Positions 38,068 to 52,030 of a DNA stretch of 64,000 bases are shown here, piece after piece. The stretch comes from Chiloscyllium plagiosum. Its lineage: Eukaryota. The number at the start of each line of letters is the position of its first letter. The stretch's first letter is position 1. The stretch lies in assembly GCF_004010195.1 (NCBI RefSeq), contig NC_057749.1:18135457-18199456 (forward strand). The letters are read 5' to 3'. The notes below the pieces were generated by a model that saw only the letters and a program-made list of their open reading frames with translations, was not told the origin of the DNA and made no database searches. The position numbers and the translations under genes were made by a program.

Positions 38068-38340
38068 CATCTCTCTGTCTCTCTCTCTATCTATCTATCT
38101 ATCCATCTGTCTACTCTGTCACTTCCTCTGTGTCTCCATTTCTATCTATCTATTTATCTGTGTCTCTCTTTGTCTCTGTCTCTCTTTCTCTGTCTGTCTC
38201 TCTCCCTTTGTTTCTGTCACTCTCTCTGTCTCTGTCTCTCTCTCTTTCTCTCTCTCTCACACACACTCTCCCTTTGCCTCTTTCTCACACNNNNNNNNNN
38301 NNNNNNNNNNNNNNNNNCTCTCTCTCTCTCTCTCTCTCTC
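38068..38340. repeat. (TC)n/(TCTG/TCTA) low-complexity tract with a small gap
   Basis: Pyrimidine-rich simple repeats. Confidence 0.9.
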
Positions 38341-38796
38341 AACGACAGTCAACTTCCATTCCCTGGCCATTGGGCCAGATCCTTAAACTCGTTCAGATGG
38401 ATAGTCACTTCCTGATCACTAAAACCCAAACCCCCAATCTCCCCGATCAATCAGAATGGGCAAGGTTTAGTGACCAGGCAGGGGCTGAGGGGAAAGAGAG
38501 GTGAGAGCTAGGGGACGAAAAGTGGGGAAGATGAGTGGATAGAAATTGGGAATACAGGGGAGGGGCCTAGGACAGGACTTAATGTCTTTGATTGCTGCAC
38601 TCACACAGTGTACTTACATCGTTATTCAATTGATTTTTCAGGAGTGTCCAGGGGATTTTCCGGCAGATTAAACAGCCTCGATTCCTCGCCTCAAACCATA
38701 CAGTTTCATCATCTATTCCATTTGTTGCTTACATTTCAATCAAAGTCTCTTTGCAAATCTCCCCAAAACCCAGACTGTTACCAAAGAGGGATTGTC

Positions 38797-39145
38797 CAGT
38801 CACAGGACAGGCATAACACAGGCACAGGATAAGCGTAGGACAGGCACAGGACAGGCGTAGGACAGGCACAGGGCAGTCACAGAACTGGTGCAGGACAGGC
38901 GTAGGACAGGCACAGGACAAGCATAGGACAGGCATAGGACAGGCGTAGGACAGGCGCAGGGCAGTCACAGAACTGGTGCAGGACAGTCACAGGACAGGCG
39001 TAGGACAGGCACAGGACAGGCACAGGACAGGCGCAGGACAGGCGCAGGACAGGCGCAGGGCAGTCACAGAACTGGTGCAGGACAGGCGCAAGGCAGTCAC
39101 AGGACAGGAACAGGACAGTCACAAATCTGGTGCAGGACAGTCAGT
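38797..39145. repeat. Compound minisatellite: ~11-bp CAGGACAGGC(A/G) units with a recurring CAGTCACAGAACTGGTG module
   Basis: AGGACAGGC repeats; GGCAGTCACAGAACTGGTGCAGGACAG at ~38872, 38960 and 39059. Confidence 0.9.
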
Positions 39146-39267
39146 CAGCAAGGTGCAGAATCAAAGCCTCTGCTCCTACTCCCCAAACTTTCACCGTAGA
39201 CTCATAGAGGTGTACAGAACAAAGCCATGTTGACTATCCCAAATCAATCCTTGCCTTTCTACCTGCA

Positions 39268-39698
39268 AATCCTAGCCACTCAATGCCTGGAGGAAGAACA
39301 CCTCATCTTCCACCTTGGGACCCTCCAACCACACTGGATCAATATGGATTTCACCAGTTTCTGCATCTCCCCTCCCACCACCTCATCCCAGATCCAACTC
39401 TCCAACACGGCACTGCCCCCTTGAACTTCCCTACCTGTCCATCTTCCTTCCCACCTATCCACTCCACCCTCCTCTCTGACCTATTACCATCACACTCCCA
39501 CCTGCAAGTACCTATCGCTTTCCCAGCTACCTTCCCACCCCCAGCCCCACCCCCTCCTATTTATCACTCAGCCCCTTTCCCTCCAGCACCCCCACCACCA
39601 ACATTCCTGATGAAGGGCTTATGTCCAAAATGTCAATTCTCCTGCTCCTCAGATGCTGCCTGACCGCCTGTGCTTTTCCAGCACCACACTTTTCGACT
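39268..39698 (+). mobile_element. Penelope-like element 3' fragment (GIY-YIG C-terminus, tail, decayed hammerhead)
   Basis: ATQCLEEEHLIFHLGTLQPHWINMDF; CATTCCTGATGAAGGGCTTATGTCCAAAATGTC at 39602. Confidence 0.82.
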
Positions 39699-40055
39699 TT
39701 CCAAATACATGTGCATCCTGTCCCTCAGGATTCCCTCCAACAACTTGCTCACCACCGACTTCAGACTCACTAATCTATAGTTCCCTGGCGTGTCCTTACC
39801 ACCTTTCTTAAACAGTGGCACCACATTAGCCAACCTCCAGTCTTCTGGTAACTCACCTGTGACTATCGATGACACAAATATCTCAGCAAGAGGCCCAGCA
39901 ATCACTTCTCTAGCTTCCCACAGAGTTCTCGGGTACACCTGATCAGGTCTTGGGGATTTATCCACTTTAACCATTTCAAGACATCCAGCACTTCTTCCTC
40001 TGTAATCTGGACATTTTGCAGGATGTCACTATTTCTTTCTCCATGTTCTATATCC
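39698..40055 (-). mobile_element. CR1 ORF2 internal fragment
   Basis: KVDKSPRPDQVYPRTLWEAREVIAGPL...GNYRLVSLKSVVSKLLEGILRD. Confidence 0.93.
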
Positions 40056-40904
40056 GCCAGCTTTTCTCTCTGTTAATGTGATGTGGCCATCGCTGGCTGG
40101 TTCAGCATTTATTGCCCATCCCTAATTACCCTGGAAAGGCTACGGTCACCCGCTCCCTTCCTGTGCCTTAGAAATGGTGGACAGGCTTTCAGGAGCCAGA
40201 AAGTGAGTTACTCGCTGCAAAATTCCCAGCCTCTGACAATCAGAAATAAGTGGGAGAGTGTTCCCCGGGGCTGTGGGAGTGGATTAAATGGGTGGGTGGG
40301 TCAGTGATGGGGGAGTGGGGGATGGTTTAGGGGAGGGAGGGTGTGATACTGAGAGCTGATTACCTTTTTCAGTGGATTCCGATTTCCTGGCCAAAGGTGA
40401 ATTGTGTGTTCAGATTCAATCTGCAATTTCAATGCTGATTTATTTGTTGATGGTTTCTACAGGGGTTTGAGTGCATTCCACAGTGTGAAGGTTAAATTTA
40501 TTTCACTGTCGAGGAGAAAGCTGGATCTGTGCAATGATTAAAATAGGACCCGCATCTGTTCATTGTTGCTATGCACTTTATTTTACTGCACCATCACTGC
40601 AGAATAATGAAGTGCTAATTTAATTATTTCTCCAATTTTATAGCAAACAGTTGTCATTACTTGTGCTCCACATCCTATTAATCATACGTTACTAATTTGG
40701 CTCTGGCTTGAATGGGGGGAGATCCATTTACTGGAAGGAATTTCAATATTCCAACGATTGCCATGTTTCAGATTGACTCATCCTCTTAACTACAGCAGTT
40801 ACAGCTTTCCCAGGACCATACTCCTCAGCCTTCACTACCCACCCACTTTCTCCTCTCATCACTCTGCCCTTACTCCCCCCCTCATAGCCCCTTAACCTGC
40901 TTCA

Positions 40905-41091
40905 CTGTTGTCTGTCTGTGTGTGTCTATGTGTATAGCTGCCTGCGTGTGTGTATCTGTCTGTGTGTCTATATGTATAACTGTTTGTGTGTGTGTTTGTC
41001 TGTATGTCAGTATGTCTCTATGTGTATAACGGGGTGTGTGTGTGTCTATGTGTATAACAGGGTGTGTGTGTGTGTGTGCGGGCGCGCGCGC
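40905..41091. repeat. (TG)-rich tract ending in a (GC)n run
   Basis: Interrupted TG repeats, then GTGTGTGTGCGGGCGCGCGCGCA. Confidence 0.85.
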
Positions 41092-41892
41092 AATCTCATG
41101 GTGATTATCCAAGCAAAGTCCAAGCTGACAGATTGCCTGGTGTCTCTGAAGCAATGCAGAAAAGAAAGACAGAGAAGGAGAGAGTGAGGGAGAAAAGACG
41201 GAGGGAGGAGTGGAAGGTGTACAAAGAGGAGACAAGGTCTGTGATTGTGTTTATGACAAAGAGCATTGGGTGGGCTGGTATTTAGCTCTGAACCTGGGGA
41301 GAGCAGACAGATGGTATAAAAACCTGGCAGCTCCAAACATGGCACTGCCCCCGTCCCAGAGCACAGGGCAGTAATCTATTATCACTGCCCTCTTGCACCC
41401 ACGCTGTTTGCTATTCCACAACAGTCTTCCAAGTGTTGGAATGAATAATGGAAGAAATCTCGCACAGACCATGTCTCTTCAAATCCATCACTTTATTTCA
41501 ATAAGAGCATGCAGCAAGGCCAGTGGGGAGACACTGCCCAAGGCAGACATTTCTGAGCGACCAACCCAGGGCATATCCTGGGGCAGGTGGCACTAGAACC
41601 CAGGCCTTTTGGCTCAGAGTAGGGACAATACAACTGCACCGTAAAAGCTCTTCAGTGCAAGATGAATACAAAGAAAGAGACAACCTGAGGGAGACATTGA
41701 GGCAGACATGAGAGAGAAATACTGAAGGAGAGAGGAAAAGAGGGAGAGAGAGAAGCAGGAAGAGAAACGCACAGTTCCTGCACTTGTTGTTGATAAGCAA
41801 AATTACAAAACAAACAATATATTCCCATCATTGCAGTTTTCAAAACCCATGAAGTCTTAGGTGAGTTAATACTGGAATGCAATTCAGGAAAA

Positions 41893-42888
41893 TAGCAGAT
41901 ACTTGAGAGTGTGTTACAGACTGGAATCGAATCGAGGGGTTTGGGGGATTTATTTACAGAATAATACATACCCGGGAGTGTGCTACAGACTGGAATCTAA
42001 TCGAGGGGTTTGAGGGGTTTATATACAGAATAATACATACCCGGGAGTGTGTTACAGACTGGAATCTAATCGAGGGGTTTGAGGGGTTTATATACAGAAT
42101 AATACATATCCGGGAGTGTGTTACAGACTGGAATCTAATCAAGGGGTTTATATACAGAATAATACATATCCGGGAGTGTGTTACAGACTGGAATCTAATC
42201 GAGGGGTGTGGGGGACATATCCGGGAGTGTTGGAAAGACAGGAAGGGGTTTGAGGGGTTTATATACAGAATAATACATATCCGGGAGTGTGTTACAGACT
42301 GGAATCTAATCAAGGGGTTTATATACAGAATAATACATATCCGGGAATGTGTTACAGACTGGAATCTAATCGAGGGGTTTGAGGGGTTTATATACAGAAT
42401 AATACATACCCGGGAATGTGTTACAGACTGTAATCTAATCGAGGGGTGTGGGGGGTTTATATACAGAATAACAGATACCCGGGAGTGTGTTACAGACTGG
42501 AATCTAATCGAGGGGTTTGGGGGGTTTATATACATAATAATACATACCCAGGAGGGTGTTACAGACTGGTTTCTAATCGAGGGGTTCGGGGTGGATTATA
42601 TACAGAATAACAGATACCCTGGGGAGTGAATTACAGACTGGAATCTAATTGAGGGGTTCGGGTGGGTGGTTTATTTACAGAATAACAGATACCCGGGAGG
42701 GAGTTACAGACTGGAATCTAATTGAGGGGTTCGGGTGGGTGGTTTATATACAGAATAACGGATACCCGGGAGGGAGTTACAGACTGGAATCTTATTGAGG
42801 GGTTCAGGGCGGGGTTTATATTTGGAATAACACATACCTAGGGGAATAGGCTACAGACTGGAACCTACTGGAGGGGTTTGGTGGGTTA
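41893..42888. repeat. ~60-70 bp minisatellite (TATATACAGAATAATACATACCCGGGAGTGTGTTACAGACTGGAATCTAATCGAGGGGTTTGAGGGGTT), ~14 units
   Basis: TTACAGACTGGAATCTAAT recurs with ~60-70 bp period. Confidence 0.95.
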
Positions 42889-44291
42889 TGTATCTGTTGT
42901 TGGAAATGTGATGAACCCAGTTTGGTGATATTGACATTTGCTGTGATATCTAGTCAATGTGAGGAAACTGCTTGACCACACAGTGTTATGTGGTACACGG
43001 CATTCCATCAGGAATATATGATGTCGGTGTAAATGGCCTCCAGTTTTTATTGTAGATTGAGGGTGAAACACGTTGCTACTGACATGGGTCAAACTGTTTC
43101 TCTTGAACTAAGCTACCTTGCCAACTGGGGGTAATATTAAACTTTGCAATAAAGTGAAAATTGAGACAGATGTTTCTCGTGCCGTTTAGGACCCACATGA
43201 ATGGCTCAGACCCGTGATGCACAACTGAAGCAAGACTGAAAGCAGCAGGAGAGAGGCAAGTTAATTCCACTGACCGTGATTAAATGCCAGTAATAAAGGA
43301 TCAGAGAGGCTGGGGCAGGGTGGGTGGCATGCTGAATGTTCCCAGAGAAGGAATTGCTCAGATTGCAGATACTTGCAGCTCATGAATTAAAATAATCAGA
43401 CGGTGTAATGAGTCTTAAAGAGTCACACTTGGGAATAAGATGGAGGCAGTACATTGTTGAGCAGCTCCTGTTTGCCCAGGGAAGAGGGGGGACTTTGAAA
43501 TAATTTATAAATTATTAATTTACTTCAAAAATGGGCTGGACCTGTCACTGGCTGTAAAAGCGGTCACTTCATCCAACCAGGTGATGTCAGGTTCAATCTG
43601 ATCGCTGAACAGAAACTTTCTGTCCACGAATGGTCTTGTGTCTCCAGGAGGATGTATCCCTGGGTTGGTTTGATCTGATAGGTTTAGGGCTGGGGAGAGG
43701 TGCAGGTTGGGTGGAGCAGACAGCCTTTGGCTTATCCTTACTCTGCTATTATCTGTGTCTGATTTCAACACAGTGAGGACAGAGCAAGAGAACGAAGGCG
43801 CAGGCAGGAGGAACACTTAGGGTGGAGAATTGCAAGCTCAAGAGAACCAGCAATGTTCAGAGGAGCACAGGGAAAATGGAGACAAGAACACCTCTAAAGG
43901 GAAGGTGCATTTGGAGGTGAGAGCCAGGAAATTAATCCGCTTTGTGACACAACTCTTGCCACGAAGATCCAACTTCTGTTCAGTTATCTCCATAACTCGC
44001 TCACTGTCCCAGGGGAAGGTCAGAGAGGGCAGCTTCCCTTACCAGGTCTCCACCTGGAAGGGGGTAGCCAATGTTTTGCCAATCTGGGAATGTGCCCAAG
44101 ATGACAGACAAGGGGAGCAATGAGGAACTGACTGTTAACAAACTTCCTCATCCCTGATTTCACGCTGATTTTCAGCGATTATATTTCACAGCAGTGATAT
44201 AATAACATACATTAACCCAGTGATGTGGTAATCCATTAACACAAACCATGGGATTAGGTTCATAGCAATATGATAGTTCTCTATTAACATG

Positions 44292-44483
44292 GTTAAAAAA
44301 TCACACAACACCTGGTTATAGTCCAACAGGTTTATTTGGAAGCACTGGCTTTCGGAGAGCTGCCTGATGAAGGAGCAGCGCTCCAAAATCTAGTGCTTCC
44401 AATTAAACCTGTTCGACTATAACCTGGTGTTGCATGATTTTTAACTTTGTCCACCCCAGTCCAACACCGTCATCTCCACATTA
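44292..44483. mobile_element. Palindromic Penelope-derived element with a perfect 14-16 bp TSD
   Basis: Same arms as 26744 and 30888; TCTCTATTAACATGGT at 44278-44293 and 44484-44499. Confidence 0.88.
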
Positions 44484-44599
44484 TCTCTATTAACATGGTG
44501 ATAGTGTTATTAAAATGTCATTATATGATGGTATTATATTAATACAGGTATAGTTTGATATTCACACAATGATAGGATAGTATTTCATTAACATCAAAA

Positions 44600-45565
44600 T
44601 ATAGAAACTAGGAGCAGGCCATTTGTCCCATTGAGACTGCTGTCCCATTCAGTATGTCATTGGCTGATCCTCTATCTCAGTGATGTTTTCTCTCCATCAC
44701 CTTTAAAATCTCGAAAACAAATTTTCAATATCTTTCTGGAGTATACTCAGTGATCCATCCTCCACAGCCTTCTCAGTGTAGAAATATTTCCTCATCACAT
44801 TCCAAAATGGTCCACCCGTTATCCCCCGCGACTGTGTCCCTGGTTCAGCACTCCCCCAACCAGGGGAAACTTGTACTGACATCCAGTCTGTCCACCCCTA
44901 TTGGCTTTTACATGTTCCATTGAAGCAAGAGTAGGCCATTCAGCCCGTCAAGCCTGCTCTGCCTTTCATCATAAGCATGGCTGGCTATCCAACTATTCCT
45001 GCTTTTCCCTCACATCCTTTGACAACTTGAGTCCCAGTTTCTATGTTCAACTCCTTCTTGCAATCAGATAAAGTTCTAGCCGTGACTGTTTTCTGTGCTA
45101 GTGAATTCTGCCATTCTTTGGGCGAACACATTTCTCCTCATCTCAGTCTAAAATGGTTTCACCTGTGTTCTGAGACTGTGACCCCTGACTCTGGACCCCT
45201 CTGCCATTGAGAACGTCCTTCCTGCATTTACCTACCTAGTCCTGTTAGAACTGTATACATTTCAATCAGATCTCATTTTCTTAACGTCGGGTGGAAACAG
45301 GTCCAATCAAACCAATCTCTCTCTCCCCGTGGTACAATCCCACGATGCCCAATATCAGTTTAATGAACTGCTGCTGCAGTTTGTCTATGGCAAGTATATC
45401 TTTCTTAAGAGGGGGACTGAAACTGCGCAGAGTACTCCAGTGTGGTCTCACCAAACCCCTGTATAACTGCGGTAACACATCCCTATTCCTGAACTCCAAC
45501 CCATTTCCAATGAAGGTCAAAGTATTGTTTGCCTACCTAATTGCTTGTTGCACTGGCCTGTCTCC
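44600..45565 (-). mobile_element. Old CR1 3' fragments (probably two nested copies)
   Basis: Minus ORF GLEFRNRDVLPQLYRGLVRPH...KKDILAIDKLQQQFIKLILG; two 3'-tail-like segments at ~44605 and ~44925. Confidence 0.7.
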
Positions 45566-48500
45566 ATTCATTAATGGTGATATAATATTATTACATTAAC
45601 AGAGGAATATGATAAGATAGAAGTATATCATGGTGGTATAGAAGTCTTTTATTAACACAGTGATAAAATTGTGTTAAAAGTGATATATTAATACAGAGTT
45701 TTGATAGCGTTATATGTATTTATATTGTATTTATGTGGTAATATATTAATGGTGATCAGATGGTATTTATATAACACTGATACTGCAGAAACACTGTACT
45801 GTAATCATTATATTAATGCTAATGTCACAGTGTCACATCAAGACTATGATATGTGAGTATTAACACAGTCACACAATTATGTAACATGAACAGCATGATT
45901 TGAGAGTGTTACATTACTAGGGTGAAATGAGAGTTTTGTATTAATGGGGACATGAGAGTGTTGTATTAACATGGGTATATGCAAATGTTACATTAACAGG
46001 GTAATATGAGAATGCTGTATTAACAGGGGGATATGAGAGTGATGTATTAACAGGGTGATATGGGAGTGTTACATTAACAGGGGGATATGAGAGTGTTGTA
46101 CGAACAGGGGGATATGAGAGTGCTGTATTAACAGGGTGATATGAAAGAGTTACATTAATACGGTGATATGAGAGTGTTACATTAACGGGGGATATGAGAA
46201 TGCTGTATTAACAGGGGGGATATGAGAGTGATGTATTAACAGAGGGGATATGAGAGTGATGTATTAACAGGGTGTTATGAAAGAGTTACATTAATAGCGT
46301 GACATGAGAATGTTACATTAACTGGGGGATATGGGAGTGCTGTATCAACAGGGTGATATGGGAGTGTTACATTAACAGGGAGATATGAGAGTGCTGCATT
46401 AACAGGGGGATATGCGAGTGTTGTATTAACAGGGGGATATGAGAGTGCTGTATAAACAGTGAGATATGAGAGTACTGTATTAAATGGGGAATATGCGAGT
46501 GTTACATTAACAGCGTGACATGAGAATGTTACATTAACTGGGGGATATGGAGTGTTATATTAACAGGGTGATAAGAGTGTGTTACATTAACAGGGGGATA
46601 TGAGAGTGCTGTATTAACAGGGTGATGTGAGAGTGTTGTATTAACAGGGTGATGTGAGAGAGTGTTACATTAGCAGGGTGATAAGGAAGTGTTAAATTCA
46701 CGGGGGATATGAGAGTGTTACATTAACAGGGGGATATCAGAGTGTTGTATTAACAGGGGAATTTGAAAGTGTTACATTAACAGGGTGCAATGTGAGTGCT
46801 ATATTAACAGTGTGATAGGAGACTGCTGTATTAACAAGGGGATATGCGAGTGCTGTATTAATAGGGTGATGTGAGAGTGTTACATTAACAGGATGATAAG
46901 AGTGCGTTTCATTAACAGGGAGTTATGAGAGTGTTATATTAACAGTGATATGAGAGTGTTACACTAATGGGGGATATGAGAGTGCTGTATTAACAGGGTT
47001 TTATGGGAGTGTTACATTAACAGGGGGATATGAGAGTGTTGTACTAACAGGGGGATATGAGAGTGCTGTATTAACAGGGGGATAACAGAGTGTCGTATTA
47101 ACAGGGGAATGTGAGAGTGCTGTATTAACAGGGGGATATGAGAGTGTTGCATTAACAGGGGGATATGAGATTGCTGCATGAACGGGGATATGAAAGTGCT
47201 GTATTAAATGGGGAATATGCAAGTGTTACATTAACAGCATGATATGAAAATGTTACACTAACTGGGGAATATGGGAGTGTTGTATCAACAGAGTGATAAG
47301 AGTTTGTTACATTAACAGGGAGTTATGAGAGTGCTAACAGGGGGATGTGAGAGTGTTACATTAACGGGATATGAGAGTGCTGTATTAACAGGGTGATATG
47401 AGAGTTACATTAACAGTGGGTTATGAGAGTGTTGTATTAACAGAGGGTCATGAGTGTGTAACGTTAACAGGGTGATATGAGGATGTTCTATTAACAGGGG
47501 ATATGAGAATGTTACATTACTGGGGGAATATGAGAATGCTGTATTAACAGGTGGATATGAGAGTGTTAAATTAACAGGGGATATGAGAGTGTTTCATTAA
47601 CGGGGAATATGAGAATGCTGTATTAGCAGCGGGATATGTGTGTGCTGTATTTACAGGATGATATGAAAGTGTTACATTTACAGGGGAATATGAGAGTGTT
47701 GTATTAAAAGCATGTATTAACACGTTGATATGAGAGTGTTAGATTAGCAGGGGGATACGAGAATGCTGCATTTAGCTGGGGAATATGAGAGTTCTGTAAT
47801 AACAGGAGGATATGAGCGTGGTAGAATAGCATTAACAGGGTGATAAGAGTGTGTTACATTAACAGGGGGATATGAGAGTGCTGCATTAACAGGGTGATGT
47901 GCGAATGTTACATTAGCAGGGTGATAAGAGAGTGTTAAATTCACGGGGGATATGAGAATGTTACATTAATGGGGGATATCAGAGTGCTGTATTAACAAGG
48001 GGATATCAGAGTGTCGTATTAACAGGGGAATGTGAGAGTGCTGTATTAACAGGGGGGATATGAGAGTGTTACATTAACAGGAGGATATGAGAGTGTTTCA
48101 TTAATGGGGAATATGAGAATGCTGTATTAGCAGCGGGATATGTGTGTGCTGTATTTACAGGATGATATGAGAGTGTTACATTAACAGGGGAATATGAGAG
48201 TGTTGTATTAAAAGCATGATATGAGACTGCTGTATTAACAGGGTGATATGAAAGTGTTACATTAACTAGGGAATATCAGGATGTTACATTATCTGAGGGA
48301 TACGACAGTGTTGTATTAGCAGGTGATAAGAGTGTTACATTAACGGGGGATATGAGAATGTTGTATTAACAGGATGATATGAGAGTGTTACATTAACAGG
48401 AGAAATATGAGAGTGCTGTATTAACACGTTGATATGAGAGTGCTATATTAACAGGGGATATGAGAGTGCTGTATTAACATGTTGATATGCGAGTGCCATA

Positions 48501-49505
48501 TTAACAGGGGATATGAGAGTGCTGTATTAACACGTTGATATGAGAGTGTTAGATTAGCAGGGGGATATGAGTGTGCTGCATTTAGCTGGGGAATATGAGA
48601 GTCCTATAATAAGCAGGGGTATGAGCATGGTAGATTAACATGGTGATATGAGAGTATGACATTAACAGGTTGATATGAAAGTGTTACATTAACAGGGGGA
48701 GATGAGAGTGCCATATTTATAGTAGGAGATGAGAGTGCTATATTAACAGGGTGATAAGACAGTGTTACATTAACAGGTGAATATGAGAGTCCTGTATTAA
48801 CAGGGTGATGTGAGAATGTTACATTAACCGAGGGATATGAGAGTGTTACATTAACAGTGGAATATGAGAGTGTTACATTACTAGGGTGATATGAGAGTGC
48901 TGTATTAACAGTGTGATGAGAGTGTTACATTAACTGGAAGATATGAGTGTGCTGTATTAACAGGATGATATGAGAGTGCTGTATTAACAGGGAGATATGA
49001 CAGTGTTACATTAACAGGGGAATATGAGGGTGTTAAATTAATTTGGGATATAAGAATTCTGTCATAACAGTGGAATTTGAGAGTGGTATTTTTACAGGGG
49101 GAGCTGAGAGTGCTATATTAGCAGTGTGATATGAGAATGTTATATCAACAGGGGATATGAGAGTGCTGTATTAACAGGGGGAAATGAGAGTGCCATATTA
49201 ACAAGGGGATATAAGAGTGTTATGTTAACAGGGTGATATGAGGGTGTTATATTAATGGGGGTTAGAGAGCGTTGTATTATCAGGGTGATGTAAGAGTGTT
49301 ACATGAACAAGGTGAAATGAGAGTGTTGTATTAACAGTGGGATATGAGAGTGTTACATTAACAGGGTGATATGAAAGTGCTGTATTAAAAGGGAATATGA
49401 GAATGTTAACAGGGAATCTGAGAGTGTTGTATTAACAGGGGGATGCAGAGTCTTACATTAACAGGGGAATGTGAGAGTGCTGTATTAACAGGGTGATATG
49501 AGAGT

Positions 49506-49826
49506 GTGGAGAAAGTGAGGGCTGCAGATGCTGGAGATCAGAGCTGAAAATGTGTTGCTGGAAAAGCGCAGCAGGTCAGGCAGCATCCAAGGAGCAGGAG
49601 AATCGATGTTTCGGGCATAAGCCCTTCTTCAGGAATGAGGAAAGTGTGTCCAGCAGGCTAAGATAAAAGGTAGGGAGGAGGGACTTGGGGGAGGGGCGTT
49701 GGAAATGCGATAGGTGGAAGGAGGTCAAGGTGAGGGTGATAGGCCGGAGTGGGGGTGGGGGCGGAGAGGTCAGGAAGAAGATTGCAGGTGAGGAAGACGG
49801 TGCTGAGTTCGAGGGATTTGACTGAG
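49506..49826 (-). mobile_element. Penelope-like element 3' tail inserted in the satellite
   Basis: Related to 39400-39698 and 6958-7250; contains a hammerhead motif. Confidence 0.82.
49601..49637 (-). ncRNA. Minimal hammerhead ribozyme motif, core intact
   Basis: Minus strand CATTC-CTGAAGA-A-GGGC-TTAT-GCCC-GAA-ACAT-C-GATT. Confidence 0.65.
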
Positions 49827-52030
49827 ATATGAGGGTGTCATATTAATGGGGGTTAGACAGCGTTGTATTATCAGGGTGATGTAAGAGTCTTACATGAACA
49901 GGGGAATATGAGAGTGCTGTATTAATGGGGGATATTAAAAATGCTGCATTAACTGGGTGATATGAGAGTGTTTCCGAACAGGGGGTTTGGAGTGTCACAT
50001 TAACAAGGGGATATGAGAGTGCTGTATGGACAGGGGGATATGAGAGTTCAGTAATAACAGTGTAATATGAGAGTGTTGTATTAACAGGGAGATATAAGAG
50101 TATTGTATTAACAGGGGAATTTGAGAGTGTTGTATTAATAGGATGATAGAGTGCTGTATTAACAGGGGGATATGAAAGTGTTGCATTAACAGGGGGCTAT
50201 CAGAGTGTTACATTAACAGGGAAATATGCGAGTGCTGTATTAACAGGGGAATATTAGAGTGCTGTATTAACAAGGGGATATGAGAGTGTTAACTTAACAG
50301 GGAGTCTGAGTGTGTTGTATTAATGGGGGAATGCAAGAGTTGTACATTATCAGGAGAATATGAGTGTTACATTAACAGAGGATGTGAGAGTGTTGTATTA
50401 ACAGGGGGATATGAGAGTGTTGTATTCACAGGGGGATATGATAGTGCTATATTAAGAGGGTGATATGAGAGTGCTGCATTAACAGCGTGATATGACAGTG
50501 ATTCATTAACGGGGGATGCGAGACGGCTGTATTAACGGTGATATTAGAGAGTTAAGTGTGATATGAGAGTGCTATATTAACAGGGGGAGATGACATTGCT
50601 GAATTACCGGGGGATATGAGAGTGTTATATTAACTGGGATATGAGAATGTTGTATTAACAGAAAGGTATGAGAGTGTTACATTAACGGAGATTATGACAG
50701 TGCTGTATTAGCAAGGGAATATGAGAGTGTTGTATTAACAGGAAGATATGAGAGTGCTGTATTTAAAGGGGGATATGAGAGTGTTAAATTAACAGGGAAT
50801 CTGGGAGTGTTGTATTAACAGGGGGATATGAGAGTGTTAAATTCACAGAGGGATGTGAGAGTGTTGTATTATCAGGAAGATATGAGAGTACTGTATTTAA
50901 AGGGGGATATGAGAGTGTTAAATTAACAGGGAATCTGGGAGTGTTGTATTAACAGGGGGATATGAGAGTGTTGTATTCAGGGGATATGAGGGTGTTGTAT
51001 TCACAGGTGGATATGATAGTGCTATATTAAGAGGGTGATATGAGAGTGTTTCATTAATGGGGGATATGAGAGGCCTGTATTAACAGTGATATTAGAGTGT
51101 TAAGTGTGATATGAGAGTGCTGTATTAACAGGGTATATGAGAGTGTTACATTAACAGAGGGAGATGACATTGCTGAATTACCAGAGGGATATGAGAGTGT
51201 TATATTAACTGGGGATATGAGAGCGTTGTATTAACAGGAAGATATGAGAGTGTTACATTAACGGGGGTTATGACTGTATTAGCAAGGGAATATGAGAGTG
51301 TTGTATTAACAGGGTGATATGAGAGTGTTGCATTAACAGAGGGATGTGAGAGTGTTGTATTAACAGGGTGATATGATAGTGCTGTATTTAAAGGCGGATA
51401 TGAGAGTGTTAAATTAACAGGGAATCTGGGAGTGTTGTATTAACAGGGTGAAATGAGAGTGTTGCAATAACAGGGGGATATGAGAGTGCTGTGTTAACAG
51501 GGGGAAATGAGAATGCTGTATTAACAGGGGATATGAGAGTGTTACATTAATGGGGCGATATGAGAGTGCAGTATTAACAGTGTAATATGAGTGCTGTATT
51601 AACAGGGGGATATGAGAGTGCAATATTAACAGTTTAATATGAGAGTGCAGCATTAACAGGGGGATATGAGAGTGCTGTATTAACAAGGTGATGAGAGTGC
51701 TACATTAACAGGGAGACATTAGAGTGTTACATTAACAGGGGGATGTGAGAGTGTTGTATTAACAGGGTGATATGAGAGTGTTGCAATAACAGGGGGATAT
51801 GAGAGTGCTGTGTTAACAGGGAGAAATGAGAATGCTGTATTAACAGGGGGATATGAGAGTGTTGCATTAACAGGGTGATATGAGAGTGTTACATTAACAG
51901 GGGAAGATAAGAATGTTACCTTAACAGGGGGATTTGAGAATTATGTATTAACACAGGAATAGGAGAGTGTCACATTAACGGGGGATATGAGGGTGTTGTA
52001 CTAACGGTGATATAAGAGTGCTGTATTAAA

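Noticed and set aside
43774..43903. Purine-rich exon-like segment after TTTCAACACAG
   Set aside because: Stops in all frames from the acceptor, a weak donor and no recognisable protein similarity
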